Notes under the pieces: model-generated
Database searches by the model: none
Seen by the model: the letters and a program-made list of their open reading frames with translations, nothing else
What the model was told of the DNA's origin: nothing
Part shown: in pieces, positions 43,134-54,789 of the stretch
Layout of the letters: each line of letters starts with the position of its first letter
How positions within the stretch are numbered: the first letter of the stretch is position 1
Source of the DNA: Blastocladiella emersonii ATCC 22665
Lineage: Eukaryota; Fungi; Blastocladiomycota
Direction: 5' to 3'
Assembly: GCA_025594325.1 (NCBI GenBank)
Contig: JANHCV010000013.1
Coordinates: 1,313,397 to 1,377,396, forward strand
DNA: 64,000 nucleotides
Program-made: the position numbers and the translations under genes

Positions 43134-45484
43134 ATGTCATCAACACTCTCCACCGGCACCGGCACGGGCAGCGGCACCAGCACGCCGCGCGAGCGGAGCG
43201 GTAGCGCCGCGGGGCTCCCCGCGGGGACCGCCGACCCCGAAGCCGCCGTCGACGTCGAGGACGAGGACGCGGGGCCCAAGCTGACGGACGCCGAGGCCGC
43301 GCGGGTCCGCGACCTCGCCGACGTGCCCATCTCGGACCTCGAGGCTCACGACGCCGAGGTCGTTCGCGCGGTATGCGGGGGTTTGCTCGAGCCCGCTCCC
43401 CGACGCGAGCTGACGTGCGCCGTCCCGCGAGTAGATTGCGCTCTTCTTCGACAACGACTTCAAGGGCGCGCTCGCCGTCATGCAGTCGCAGAGCGACCGC
43501 GACGCGCTGTACGCGCTGGGCGAGGGCACCTTCTCGATGCTCAAGGGTCCGTCCGTCTCCCCTTCCACGCCGCACTCCGTCTCTGACACCCCGATCCGCG
43601 CGTCTAGCCATGACGACCTTCGACCCGGACCACATCGCGACCGCCACCACGCTGCTGCAGCGCGCCGAGGCGCTGGCGAGCACGCAGTACAAGCTGGCCA
43701 CCCCGAAAACCAACTCGTTCCGGCTGACCAAGTGGATCCGCGGCGGCGCGTCGTACCTGGCGCAGACCACGGGGCTCGCGGCCGCGCCCAAGCTGACGCC
43801 TGGCCAGCTGCGGTCGACGATCGTGCGCGCCGAGGCCTCGCTCATCTCGTCGTTCCTGTACCTGTTCCAGGAGTCGCTCATGGCCTTCGTCAAGGCCGGA
43901 CTCGGTCTCCGCAAGTCGCAGACCAACTATGCACAGGCGTGGCAGACGTACCAGGCGCTCGCGGACGCGGGCGGCGACGCGCAGGTTGCGACGGCGATGG
44001 ATCAGCATACCCGCGAGGGGATCCAGTTCGGGTACGCCTGGCACCGTGTGCCGTCTTGGGTCCAGTGCTGACGCGCGCGTGCGTGTGTGTAGCATCGGCG
44101 CACTCAACGTGGTCCTCGCGATCCTGCCGAGCAAGGTCGCTCGCGTGATCTCGATCCTCGTACGCTCGCTCCTTGTCGACCCACTCCGTCACTCCCACTC
44201 ACCCTCGTTGCACGACTCCCGCAGGGCTACAAGGGCGACCGTGACCTCGGGTTCGGGCTCATCGAAAAAGCGGCCGCAAGCGACGGCGTGCGCGCGCCCA
44301 TCGCCACGCTCTTGTACGCTTCCCCACCTCCCCCCAGCCATCACGCCCCCTCACCCTTCCCTCCCCTCCCCCGCCGTGTAGCATGGGCGGGTACCACGCG
44401 GTCCTGTCCTCGTTCGCGCCGTCGGTCCTGGGCCCCGCGATGCTGCCCGTGGCGGCGCGGCACCTGACGGGCGCGCTGCGCCACTTCCCGCGCTCGCCGT
44501 TCCACCTGCTCCTGCTCGCGCGCGTAGCGCGGACGGCGCGGGACCTTCCGCGGTCCGACGCGCTACTGCACGCGGCGCAGTCAGCGGCGTCGGGCGCGTG
44601 GCCCGAGCTCGCGCTGCTGGCCATGTACGAGGAGGCGGTCAACGCCATGGCGCAGCTCGACTGGTCGCGCGCCGCGGACCGGTGCGCGCACCTGCGCGCC
44701 AACACGTACTGGTCGGTCGCCTTCTTCACGTACGCCGAGGCGGCGTGCCGCGCCATGGCGGGCGACGAGGGGCGCGCGAGGGAGCTCATGAAGCTCGCGC
44801 CTACGTACGTCACGCGCAAGTACGGCGGCAAGGTGATCTCGGTCGAGCAGTGGATTCTCAAGAAGGCCGCCGTGTTTGAGGGACGCGAGAGTATCAGCGA
44901 GTACCTCCCGGGGTTCGGTGCGTTGCGCCTTCCGTGCTCGCGTCGCTCACGACTCACACTGACGCTTGCGCGCCGGAGTAGAGATCCTGCTGATTTGGAA
45001 CATGTTCGCAACAATGCCGCACTCCGCGCTCGTGGCGTGCCGTGACCGCGTGCTCGCGGCGCTCGACCTTCGGCGCGAGGACGAGGTGGACGCGCTGGCC
45101 GTACTCCACCTGGTCCTCGCGACGGTGGAGCGCGAGCTGGGCAACTGGGAAGCGGCGGGCCGGTCGCTCGAGTACGCGGTGGACGCGGGCGTCGAGGTGG
45201 AGACGTGGGTGCCGCCGTTTGCGACGTACGCGCGCGCCGTGACGGGGCTCGCCGAGGCGGTGAGCGCGGCGGGCGACGGCGACGACCTGCGCGAGGCGGT
45301 GCAGAAGGCGGACGCGGACGTCAAGCGCGCGGGCAAGGCCAACGACTACTGCTTCGAGTTCCGGCTCGCGTTCCGGATCCACCTCGTCGGCCTGACCTTT
45401 GACGAGTGGCTCGCGCGCGACGGCGGAGTGCCCAGGTCGGTGCTGACGATGCCGACCGCGGCCGAGCTGTTTGGCGACTCGTAG
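43134..45484 (+). CDS. IML2: IML2/TTC39 family TPR protein, multi-exon
   Basis: IALFFDN.F..A, AMTTFDP..I..A, RAEASL..S....FQES...FVK.GL.LRK, IQFG.G..N...S.LP.KV, WS.AFF.Y..A, FEFRL.FRIHL. At least five GT-AG introns. ATG at 43134. Confidence 0.85.
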
Positions 45485-45580
45485 GCTGCAATAGAGAACA
45501 CACCGTTGTTTGGAATTGAGAGAGAATGGGTACAAAACTGGTTAGGGGACGCGACCACGCGCGCGCGAGCAGTTGATCGA

Positions 45581-47164
45581 TCAGGCCTTGAGGTCGACGC
45601 CGTGCTCGGGCGACGGCTCGAAGCCAAAGACCGAGTCCATGTCCTCGAGCGAGCGGCCCATGGTCTCGGGAACAAAGTAGTGGGCGAAGGCAGCCATGGC
45701 GAGCCCCGTCACGCCAAAGATGGCGTACTGCTGCGGGCCGAGCGCGTCCGAGACGTACGGCCACGTCGCGGCAATGACGTAGTTCCAGGTCCAGTTTGAC
45801 AGGGTGGCGAGGCCCGTGCCCTTGCCGCGGATGCGGGCAGGGAACACTTCGGACTGGTACACCCATACAGAGCCCGCCCAGGTGCAAGAGAACGCGAGGA
45901 CAAAGAGGTAGAGGAAGAGCAGCGAGAGCGTTGAGTAGGTGCGGGCGGCGGGCGGAAGCTCGGCGTCGACGGGGATGCTGCCGGTGGGGAAGCCGGACGC
46001 GGACTGGAACAGGTTGACGAAGAGGACGAGGGCCCAGTTGCAGACGGCCATGACGATGCCGCCCCAGGTGAGCAGCTTGACGCGGCCGACGCGCTCGATG
46101 AGGTACATGCCGGGCAGCGTGCCGAAGACGTTGACGAGGGCCTGGACGACGACGTTGATGGTCGTGGCGGTGGTCTTGTCATTACCGAGGGCGATATAAA
46201 ACGATGCGGAGTAGTACATGACGACGTTGATCCCCGTCCACTGCTGGAAGAACTGGAGGAAGGAGACGATGACGAGCCGGTTCTTGATACCGGGGCGCAG
46301 CAGCTCGCGCCACGAGGCCGACCCGATCTGGCGCTCCGTCTCCAGGGCCTGCTTGTAATCGTGGAACTCTTCCTGGACGGCGGGCGAGCGGGCCTCAGCC
46401 TGGCGCAGCTTGGCGAGGTTGTGGAGGGCCTCGTCCTCGCGGTCGACGGCCATGAGCCAGCGTGGCGACTCGGGGAGGAGGAAGAGCATGAACATGAGGA
46501 GGAAGCCGGGGACGGCCTGGACGCCCAGGGCGATGCGCCACTGGCGGTCGTTGTCGAGCGGCTCGTTCTTGTAGGACTCGATGAGCAGGGCGTTGACCGA
46601 GGGGGCAAAGGCGATGCCGATGGTGATCATGAGCTGCTGGACGGTGGTGAGGCGGCCGCGGATGCGGGTCGGGGCGAGCTCGGCAATGTAGAGGGGCACG
46701 GCCATGGACAGGATGCCGACGCCGATGCCGGAGAGGAAGCGCCCGGCCATGAACCAGGCGATGCGGGCGTGGACGTGGTCTAGCGGGCCGGCGGGGATGA
46801 CGGCCTGCAGGACGGAGCCGATGGTGAAGAAGAGGGCGCCGAGCCACATGGTGCGCTTGCGGCCGGCGCGGTCGGCGACAAAGGAGACGAGGATGGCGCC
46901 GGGGATGCAGCCGAGCAGGAAGAAGGAGACGAGGCGCGAGATGCGCGCGGTGGCCTCGCCCGTGGTGACGAGGGCGCCGTCGGCGGCGAGGGTGGAGAGG
47001 CCGAAGAAGAGCTTGAAGGGGTCCATCTCGAGGACCGAGTTGATGATGCCAATCTCGTAGCCGAACAGGAAGCCGCCGAGCGAGGCGGTGGCGGAGACGG
47101 CCCACGTGTACCACGAGGCGGACTGGGCCACGGCCGTCGCGGGCAGGGTGGGCGGCGAGTGCAT
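45581..47164 (-). CDS. Sugar-porter MFS transporter, intronless paralog (527 aa)
   Basis: ATG at 47164 (MHSPPTLP). Motifs GGFLFGYEIG, PESPRWL, QQWTGIN, SEVFP..IRG, PETMG. Ends in LKA-stop like the 3806-5560 gene. Confidence 0.95.
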   Translation of the reverse strand: MHSPPTLPATAVAQSASWYTWAVSATASLGGFLFGYEIGIINSVLEMDPFKLFFGLSTLAADGALVTTGEATARISRLVSFFLLGCIPGAILVSFVADRAGRKRTMWLGALFFTIGSVLQAVIPAGPLDHVHARIAWFMAGRFLSGIGVGILSMAVPLYIAELAPTRIRGRLTTVQQLMITIGIAFAPSVNALLIESYKNEPLDNDRQWRIALGVQAVPGFLLMFMLFLLPESPRWLMAVDREDEALHNLAKLRQAEARSPAVQEEFHDYKQALETERQIGSASWRELLRPGIKNRLVIVSFLQFFQQWTGINVVMYYSASFYIALGNDKTTATTINVVVQALVNVFGTLPGMYLIERVGRVKLLTWGGIVMAVCNWALVLFVNLFQSASGFPTGSIPVDAELPPAARTYSTLSLLFLYLFVLAFSCTWAGSVWVYQSEVFPARIRGKGTGLATLSNWTWNYVIAATWPYVSDALGPQQYAIFGVTGLAMAAFAHYFVPETMGRSLEDMDSVFGFEPSPEHGVDLKA

Positions 47165-47476
47165 GGGGTTAAGTTGGTGCGTAGCAGTTGGGTTGAGGGT
47201 GGTGGTGAGAGAGGGCGAGGGAGGGAGGGCGGGAAGAGGCGAAAAAAGCGGCGCAGCGAGTGGCGCAAGCGACCGGCCGCGACCGGCACGGGTCACGCGG
47301 CGCGAACGTGCGCCAGCGCAGGCCGCGCAGGACGCGTCGCTCGAGGGAAGGAGAGGTGGCCGCGGACACACGTGGGCGAGTCGCGCGGTTCCCGAAAGGG
47401 CGCGCCCCTGTCCCCCTCCTATCATCCCGCCGCGGTCGGTCCCCGCTCTCCCCCTCCCCGCCCACTCATCACAGCT

Positions 47477-49723
47477 ATGGACGACCACGCGCACCACCAC
47501 CTGCACACGCACGCGGCGCACCCGGCGCACCACCCGGCGATGCAGCCGCACCCGCACGCCACGCCGCACCCGGCGACCGCCGGCGGCGTGCTCGCCCCGC
47601 CGAACTCGGCGCTGCCGCCGCCCACGGTCCACCGCGTCGCCTCGGGCATCCAGCTCTCGGCCCTCACCATGGGCATCCACCGATCCGCGTCGCCGCTGCC
47701 GCTGCCGCACTCGCCGCTCTCGCTCGCCCACCCGTTCCCGCATCAGCACACGCACACGCAGCAGCACCCGCACGCCGGCTCCGCCTCGCCCGCCGCCATG
47801 ATGTTCGCCCACTCGCCCGTCGTCGGCCCCATGGGCCCGCTCGCCGACCCGCCCGCCTGGCTCAACTCGCCCCCCTCCTCCTCGGCCGACTCATCAGCTT
47901 CCTTCCGCCGCGCCGACGCCTCCGCCACCGGCCCGCAGCTCGTCGTCTTCATGGTCGGCCTCCCCGCCCGCGGCAAGTCCTACATCTCCAAGAAGCTCAC
48001 CCGCTACCTCACCTGGCTCGGCTACTCGACCAGGGTCTTCAACGTCGGCAACCGCCGCCGCGCCGCCGCCGCCGCCGCCTCGGCCGCCAACACACCCGCT
48101 CACGAGGCCCCCGCCGCCGTCCCCGCCGGCGCCGGCACCACCTCCACCTTCTTCGACCCGAGCAACACCCCCGCCGCCTCGCTGCGCGACCAGCTCGCCC
48201 TCGAGGCTCTCGACGAGCTCGTCGCCTGGCTGCGCGCCGGCCGCGGCCGCGTCGCCATCCACGACGCCACCAACTCGACCCAGCTGCGCCGCGACCTGCT
48301 CGTCAACCACCTCAAGCCCCACATGCCGCATATCAAGCTGCTCTTCCTCGAGTCCATCTGCACCGACCAGCGCGTCATCGACGCCAACGTCCGCATGAAG
48401 CTCCAGTCGCCCGACTACCTTGGCATCGACCCCGACACCGCCATCGCCGACTTTACGGCGCGCATGCGCAACTACGAGCGCGCCTACCAGCCCCTCGGCC
48501 CGCACGAGGACGCCAAGCGCTGGTCCTACATCAAGGTCATCGACGTCGGCAGACAGGTCGTCACCTCCAACCTGCGCGGCTACCTCTCCTCGCAGATCGT
48601 CTTCTACCTCATGAACATCAACATCGAGCACCGCACCATCTGGCTCTCAAGACACGGCGAGTCCGTCTTCAACGTCCAGGGCCGCATCGGCGGCGACGCG
48701 CCCCTGACGGATAACGGCCGACGCTACGCCGCCGCCCTCGCCCGCTTCCTCGCCTCCGTCTACGACGCCGTCCCCGGCCGCCACGCGCCCAAGCTCGAGT
48801 CCGACGCCGCTGCCGCACTCGGCACACCGACCTCCCCGCTCGTCGCCGCCGCCACCGCCCGCATCGGCCGCGGCGAGCCCGCCCTCCCGCCCGAGGCCTA
48901 CGAGTCGGCCCACGACCTCATCCAGCAGCACATCTCGCTCGCCTCGCACGAGCAGCACGACGACGAGGACGACGACGAGTACAGCAGCAGCAGTGGGAGC
49001 GGTAGCGGCTCCGACTCGAGCGACGACGACGACTCGGACCCCGAGGAGCTCAGTCCGACCGACTGCGACGACTGCGCCGCTGCCCACTCGCACCGCCGCC
49101 GCCGCAAGCGCGTCCCCGTGTGGACGTCGACGCTGCGCCGCACCATCGAGACGGCCGCGTACCTGCCGCGCACCGCGCCGCACCTGGTCGGCGTGCGGTC
49201 CATGAAGCTGCTCAACGAGATCCACTCTGGCCAGTTCGAGGGCCTGACGCCCATGGAGATCGAGGCCGGGTGGCCCGGCGAGGTGGCGCGCCGCCAGGCC
49301 CACAAGCTCGCGTACCGGTACCCGGGGCTCGGCGGCGAGTCGTACCTCGACGTGATCGCACGCCTCAAGCCCGTCATCATCGAGACGGAGCGCCTCACCC
49401 ACGACGTGGTCGTCGTCACCCACAACGTCGTCGCCCGCATCATGCTCGCCTACTACCTCGGCGTCGGCTGGGACGAGATGCCGCGCCTCGAGGTCCCGCT
49501 CCACCACCTCTACGCGCTGCAGCCGCGGCCCTACGGCACCGAGCTCGTCCGCTTCCGCTACGACCCGGACCTCGACGAGATCGTCCGCATCGACGAGCCC
49601 GCTGGCGCCGCCGCTTCCGCCGTCGTCACGCCGCTCATGCGCGGGCTCTCCATCAGCGAGCCGCCCACGCCTATCCACCAGCGCTGCGACCCGCACGCCG
49701 CTGCTGCCCCGCGCTCGAGCTGA
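47477..49723 (+). CDS. PFKFB: 6-phosphofructo-2-kinase/fructose-2,6-bisphosphatase
   Basis: Kinase motifs MVGLPARGKSY, FNVGNRRR, DATNST. Phosphatase motifs SRHGES, LNEI, GESYLDV..RL.PVI.E.ER, VTHN. ATG at 47477. Confidence 0.95.
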   Translation: MDDHAHHHLHTHAAHPAHHPAMQPHPHATPHPATAGGVLAPPNSALPPPTVHRVASGIQLSALTMGIHRSASPLPLPHSPLSLAHPFPHQHTHTQQHPHAGSASPAAMMFAHSPVVGPMGPLADPPAWLNSPPSSSADSSASFRRADASATGPQLVVFMVGLPARGKSYISKKLTRYLTWLGYSTRVFNVGNRRRAAAAAASAANTPAHEAPAAVPAGAGTTSTFFDPSNTPAASLRDQLALEALDELVAWLRAGRGRVAIHDATNSTQLRRDLLVNHLKPHMPHIKLLFLESICTDQRVIDANVRMKLQSPDYLGIDPDTAIADFTARMRNYERAYQPLGPHEDAKRWSYIKVIDVGRQVVTSNLRGYLSSQIVFYLMNINIEHRTIWLSRHGESVFNVQGRIGGDAPLTDNGRRYAAALARFLASVYDAVPGRHAPKLESDAAAALGTPTSPLVAAATARIGRGEPALPPEAYESAHDLIQQHISLASHEQHDDEDDDEYSSSSGSGSGSDSSDDDDSDPEELSPTDCDDCAAAHSHRRRRKRVPVWTSTLRRTIETAAYLPRTAPHLVGVRSMKLLNEIHSGQFEGLTPMEIEAGWPGEVARRQAHKLAYRYPGLGGESYLDVIARLKPVIIETERLTHDVVVVTHNVVARIMLAYYLGVGWDEMPRLEVPLHHLYALQPRPYGTELVRFRYDPDLDEIVRIDEPAGAAASAVVTPLMRGLSISEPPTPIHQRCDPHAAAAPRSS

Positions 49724-51081
49724 ACCCAACGAGATACCAAACCCAATCCCTACCCGTGTACATATGCATACATCTTACCCGTCCTCCTGCACGCCGATCG
49801 ACGTGATTCAAACGAGAGAGAGGGAGCAACGCGCGTTGATGACTGCTCATCGCTGCCGCAGCGCTCGCTCCTTCAGCCGTCCGAGCTCCCGCTCAGGAGG
49901 ACCATGTATTCTTATGGAACTTAATGCATGCTCTTGCTAGACCACAACGTTGCGATCTGCTGCCGTCCAGGCGGTCCCGTGTGTTGGGTTTGACCGAGCC
50001 GCGGAGAGTGCCGCTGCCGGTCGCGGTCTCGCGGCGTCCGATGTGATTCTGCACGAGTGTGCTCCTCGCTGAGGTTGATACTTGCCGCCCATGCTGCACA
50101 TCGACGGCTTGAGCCCGCGCCGCAGTCGTTACTGTGACTGCTGTCTCCCGCGGGTCGCAGGTCGTCGATCTTGACGCCGTCCCTCGCTCGCGGTGCGTTG
50201 CGGGTCGCGCGTGTACTGAGCGACATCCTCCGCGACATCCAATTATCTCTACCACAATAACACGCTTGGCGTTAGTGTTGGTCGCGCGCGAAGCGCAGTG
50301 CGTCGATTTGCTCCACGGCATAGTTCTTGGCAACGCTCCCGCTCACACTCGCACGAATACTCCGGTCCCGGTCCTGTCCCACGACATGGCCGCGCCGCCC
50401 GGGTGCTCTCGCTTCGTCAAGGCTTTCAAGTTCAGACCACCGGCGCAGCGCGCGCGACTGATGCCTTCGCAGCACTCGCGCGGGCGCCGTGAAAAGACGA
50501 CGCGCCGCTCACGCGAGTGCTGCGGTTCTGCAACCTGTCGCGCGGCTGCTTCACGGTCTACCTCGAGAGGCGGGATCACGGCAATGCGGCCCGCGCGCGC
50601 TGTCGTTGACGCTGCAAAATCTCTCCCAGGTCGGCTGGCTCTCGTCGATTGCGCTTAGAGTGCGGTGCTGGCGGACCGCACTGCCCGAACAAGCTGGCGC
50701 CGCGGGACCTTGCGACGCGGACGCGCGTAGAGCTGGTCACGGTTTGCTCCCTCGCGCAGAAAGCTGAGTTGCACGGTCGAGTCGGGTGTCATGCTTTTGA
50801 TTCAGCCGTAGACTGCTGCTCCTGCTCAAGACCTGCGTTGGCGAGCTTGGCGAGTCGCGCGGCCAGTGGTTGTGCACGCGTGCCCGTTCATGGCCGAGCC
50901 TGCTGAGGGAGAGCATGATACACGTACTTTCGCGGCGACGCCACGGAGAGCATTTGACATAGAATGACGTTTATTGAAATCATCGGCGGCTCAGCGGCGG
51001 ACATAAACGACACGCGCCGATCAGGTTGGCGGTCGGCGGCACGCGTCCGCTCCCCCTAACGCACCAGTGCGCGTCCGTTCT

Positions 51082-51900
51082 CTAGGACCACGCGCCACGC
51101 GCGCTGGTCGACGATGTCCATACCGTAAAGTCGGTGAACCCATCGCACTGGCCGTGGTGCTGCCACTCGTCGACGTTGGGCAGCACGACGAGAGGTTCAC
51201 CGGGTGCAGGCGCGGCGGTAGGCGCGGTCCACTCAGTCGTCACGAACTTGGTGAGCTGCGTGATCCCAAGCGCGACCGCGGGGTCCGCAAACTCGAGCCA
51301 CACGTCAGCGCGGACGCACGCGGGCGACTCGACCGCCTCGGCGTCTTTGCGGGAGCACTCGTCGGCCTCGTTGGCCAGCGGCGGACGCACGAGGAACTGT
51401 CCCACCCACACGGGTTTCGCGCCGTGAACCGCGGTACCCCACACCCATACGCGCTCGTTCTCGAGCACAGTGCGCCCGCCGACGACTGCAAGAACACCGC
51501 TTGGCAGCTGCGCGGCGGCCCATGCGCGCGGCGCGAGTCGCAGCGCCAGGTGCCCGTAGCCGAGGTCGCGCGGCACCGACGCGTCCATCCACTCGTTGGT
51601 CGCGATTGACGCACGCGCGTACCCGGCCGCCCACTTGACCTCGACCACGCCGGCGGCGGCGTTGGGCGCGGGGCCGACCGTGTAGCTGTCCGCGGTGGCG
51701 CAGGACGCGGCACCCGCGGGTGCGACGGGCAAAGGACGGGAGCTGTCGGCCGAGAGCAGGTCGAACTGCGCGCCCACGATTACCATGTCGGCACCGGCGC
51801 CAGCGCGACCAGGGTCGGCGGACTTGGTGCGGCCAGTGTAGTCGGTGTCGATGAAGACCCACTCTGACGACTCGGGCGGGCAGGTTTGATTGAGATTCAT
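51082..51900 (-). CDS. Hypothetical protein (~270 aa)
   Basis: Open frame with high-GC3 codons and W/V-rich beta-like composition (VEVKWAAGY, ERVWVWG, VWLEFADP). No family recognised. Confidence 0.55.
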   Translation of the reverse strand: MNLNQTCPPESSEWVFIDTDYTGRTKSADPGRAGAGADMVIVGAQFDLLSADSSRPLPVAPAGAASCATADSYTVGPAPNAAAGVVEVKWAAGYARASIATNEWMDASVPRDLGYGHLALRLAPRAWAAAQLPSGVLAVVGGRTVLENERVWVWGTAVHGAKPVWVGQFLVRPPLANEADECSRKDAEAVESPACVRADVWLEFADPAVALGITQLTKFVTTEWTAPTAAPAPGEPLVVLPNVDEWQHHGQCDGFTDFTVWTSSTSARGAWS

Positions 51901-52129
51901 GGTGGCTATCATCAAAGATTTGAGCGTACGAGAGGAGAAAAGAGTCGCCTACTCGACACCTAACCGCGTCAACCAAAGCAGCTGGAACGAGACGTGTCTG
52001 GCTGTCCACTTCGTGTCCTGTTCCTCGCGCGAGTTGAAAGCGATATGGTCTACATACACGGCGGGCAGACGAGTCCGCTCGAGCGGCGCGAGCATCAGGC
52101 TGAGCGTTGCAGCCTCGAAGCAACACCGC

Positions 52130-54338
52130 ATCGCGACAGATTGCAAACCCGACACGGCCGGCGATGGGGTTCCGCCACGCCGTACCCGTATCGGCGAGCA
52201 TGACGGCTTAGCTGAAGCGAAGCTCAGGTTGTCAACCGCGTCCACGGACATGCCGGCGTTAGATCCCACAGCTGCGCTGCGCCGCGCTCGCTCGCTCGCC
52301 CAGGGCGGCCACGTTCGGGGGCGGCCCACACCGAGCCGAGCGAGAGAACTGAAGGTCGGTGCACCCAGCCGCTGCTGCAGCGGGCGCGCCGCGCGAGGAA
52401 GAAACGAGGGCCAGAAGCCGCGGACACATAAAGTACAAGCCGAGAGAGGTAGCTGTAGCGAGAGACGACGGGCCTGCTGCTAGTCCGCGACGGGGGCGGC
52501 GACAGCAGATGGCGCGCGCGCCGCTCGAGCTCCGACCGTCGTTCCAACTTTGGGGGAAGAAGAGGGCGTGTGCGAGCAGGAGCAGCAGCTCGGCACCAGC
52601 TCGGCAGCGACGACTCGACTCGACTCGAGGTGCGCCGAGTTGGGGAGGGCAGGGCGAGCTGATTCGAAGCAGGGTCCGCAGCGTCGAGGGACGGGCGGTG
52701 GTCAAGGGCGATGGCGCGCAAACGACACTCGAAGCGGTGCACGACCGTGAGCGGAAACGTTGGTCGGCGCGACTGACGGGGGCAGCAGGTCAGGTCGGGA
52801 CGCGGTGGGGCAGAGCAGGGCGACGCGCGCGTTGGGTTACACACGGAGGGAGGAGTGGCGACGATTGGGGGCGACGGCGCGGACGTGCGCGTGCGAAGGC
52901 CGTCGAGCTCGCGGGCGAGGGCAAACGCGCTGGTTGGCACGTAGAGCGTGGAGTGGTGGTGGTGGCGGCGGCGGGCAAGCGCGGCGCATGCGACAGCACC
53001 CGCTCGGCCACATGCATACGGAACGAGGAGAGGACCACCAGCTGTGCTGCCGTTTGACGCCGACAGAAGGAGGTTGCTTGCTGCAGCGCTCAAGCGCGAG
53101 AGCGATGCCATGGGGCGAGCAGCCCGCGGAGCACGCTGCGGGCGAGGTTCATGCGATTCCATCAAGTTACAGTGCCACGTCGTGCCTTGCCTTGTTGACG
53201 TGCACATGGACATGGAGGTGAGCGGGGTGCCTGACCGACCGAGGCCGCGCCACGCCACACGGTGGCCATGGCCGTGGCCGCCGCGCTGCGCGTCCTTGTC
53301 AGCTGACGGCGACTGACGCGTCGCGGGGCGCGCTTCGGGAGGGAGAGGTGAGGAGGCCCGAGCCTTCCTCTTCTTCTCTCTCTTCGCCGACTGACGCCCC
53401 ATGCACCATGACCATGAAAGCCGATGCAACGTGATAACTTGGTGCAACATCACGCCGGACAGGCCCTGACGCGGATCGGCGCCGTCGTGAGGTGCCCAGC
53501 CGCATCTGCTGTACCGCTACTACTGTATGACTGAGCTGAGCGTCAGTCGGACTGCTTCGTCAGCTATGCAGATGCAGCTCGTCCGTCCCCGTCGTCCTTG
53601 TCGGGAACGCCGCCTTCCGCTTGCCGTGCCCTACGTTAGTCGCGCGCGAACGTTTGCTTCAGCGGCGGGCCCCGCTAGCCAGCGTCCCTCGCTCGCTCGC
53701 CTCGTTCCGGTCCCCCTGTCGCCCCACGCCGCCGATCTGCACTGCCGAACCTCACCCGACCACCGTGACCGCTTCGTCGTCCTCGCCAGCCACCTGCTCG
53801 TCCCCCGCTGGCATGCATTCCCGAGCCGCACGACCTCCGTTCGAGCCGACCTACATGGACGTGCTCACAGCCTCGGCAACTTCATGGCGGGCCAGGTGAG
53901 TCGTCGCCACACGCGCACGCACGAGCGGGGCCAGCGTTTGGTGTGCGCGCGAGGTGCGCGCGAGGTACGCCGCCGCGAGCGGCTACCGCGGCTCGGTGCG
54001 CTTCGGGGTCCGCTGCTGCTCGTCGGCCGCAATCGCCGCCTTTCGCACCTGCTGCTTTATGACCTCGCGCTTTCGTAGCCTAGCCCAGCTGGCGGGCGGC
54101 CTGCTGCTTCGCGAGAGCATGGATGCTGCCGCCTCGCTCAACTGGCGGCCACGGCGGCGGGAACCCCTTGGATCGTCGCCCTTGACGTGCGCGTGCACCC
54201 GCCGTACCGCGTTGATTCACGCTTTCGCCGCGCGGCCCGAGCGAGGCCTTAGGATGCGTCCGTTGCTCAGCGTGTACACACGCTCACCTCGCGCGTGCGT
54301 GCGTGCATGCCGACGGCGACCCGAATCGCGCGCGGTCT
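52130..54338 (-). repeat. ~2.1 kb dispersed module, copy 3
   Basis: Direct repeat of 11260-13297. In translation only one core difference was seen (CLR vs CPR), and both edges are diverged. Confidence 0.92.
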
Positions 54339-54789
54339 GCCTCCTGCCCGTTTCCAAGTAGGTTCTCTGACGAAACTGCATGCTCACACTTGCCCCAAGA
54401 CCGTAATCATTCAAGCAAAAGGCCACGGTAGCTCCGTGGGGTGGAGAACGGGCACGGCCTCACGAGCAGTACGGGCTTGATCGTGGCAACGGCGATAATT
54501 ATGCGCTTGGGCAGGCGTTTCGCGTGGCCCGTGGTCGTGAACGGGTGGCGCGAGAACCGGCAGCTTGTCCCATGCGCGTGCGGCGGACATAAGAGTGCCA
54601 CGTGGGGGACGGGAAACGCGTCGTCATAGAGCTCGAGCATAGTAGCGCACTGGTACTTGAGCTTTGCGTTGGTGGCATCGAGCGCGTCGCGAAGGACGCC
54701 GGCGAACGTTACGGTGTAGTCAGATTCTCGGGGGAGCGAGCGTGCGAGCGAAGAGACCGCCGCCAAACTTCGATCACGACCTGCCGCTG

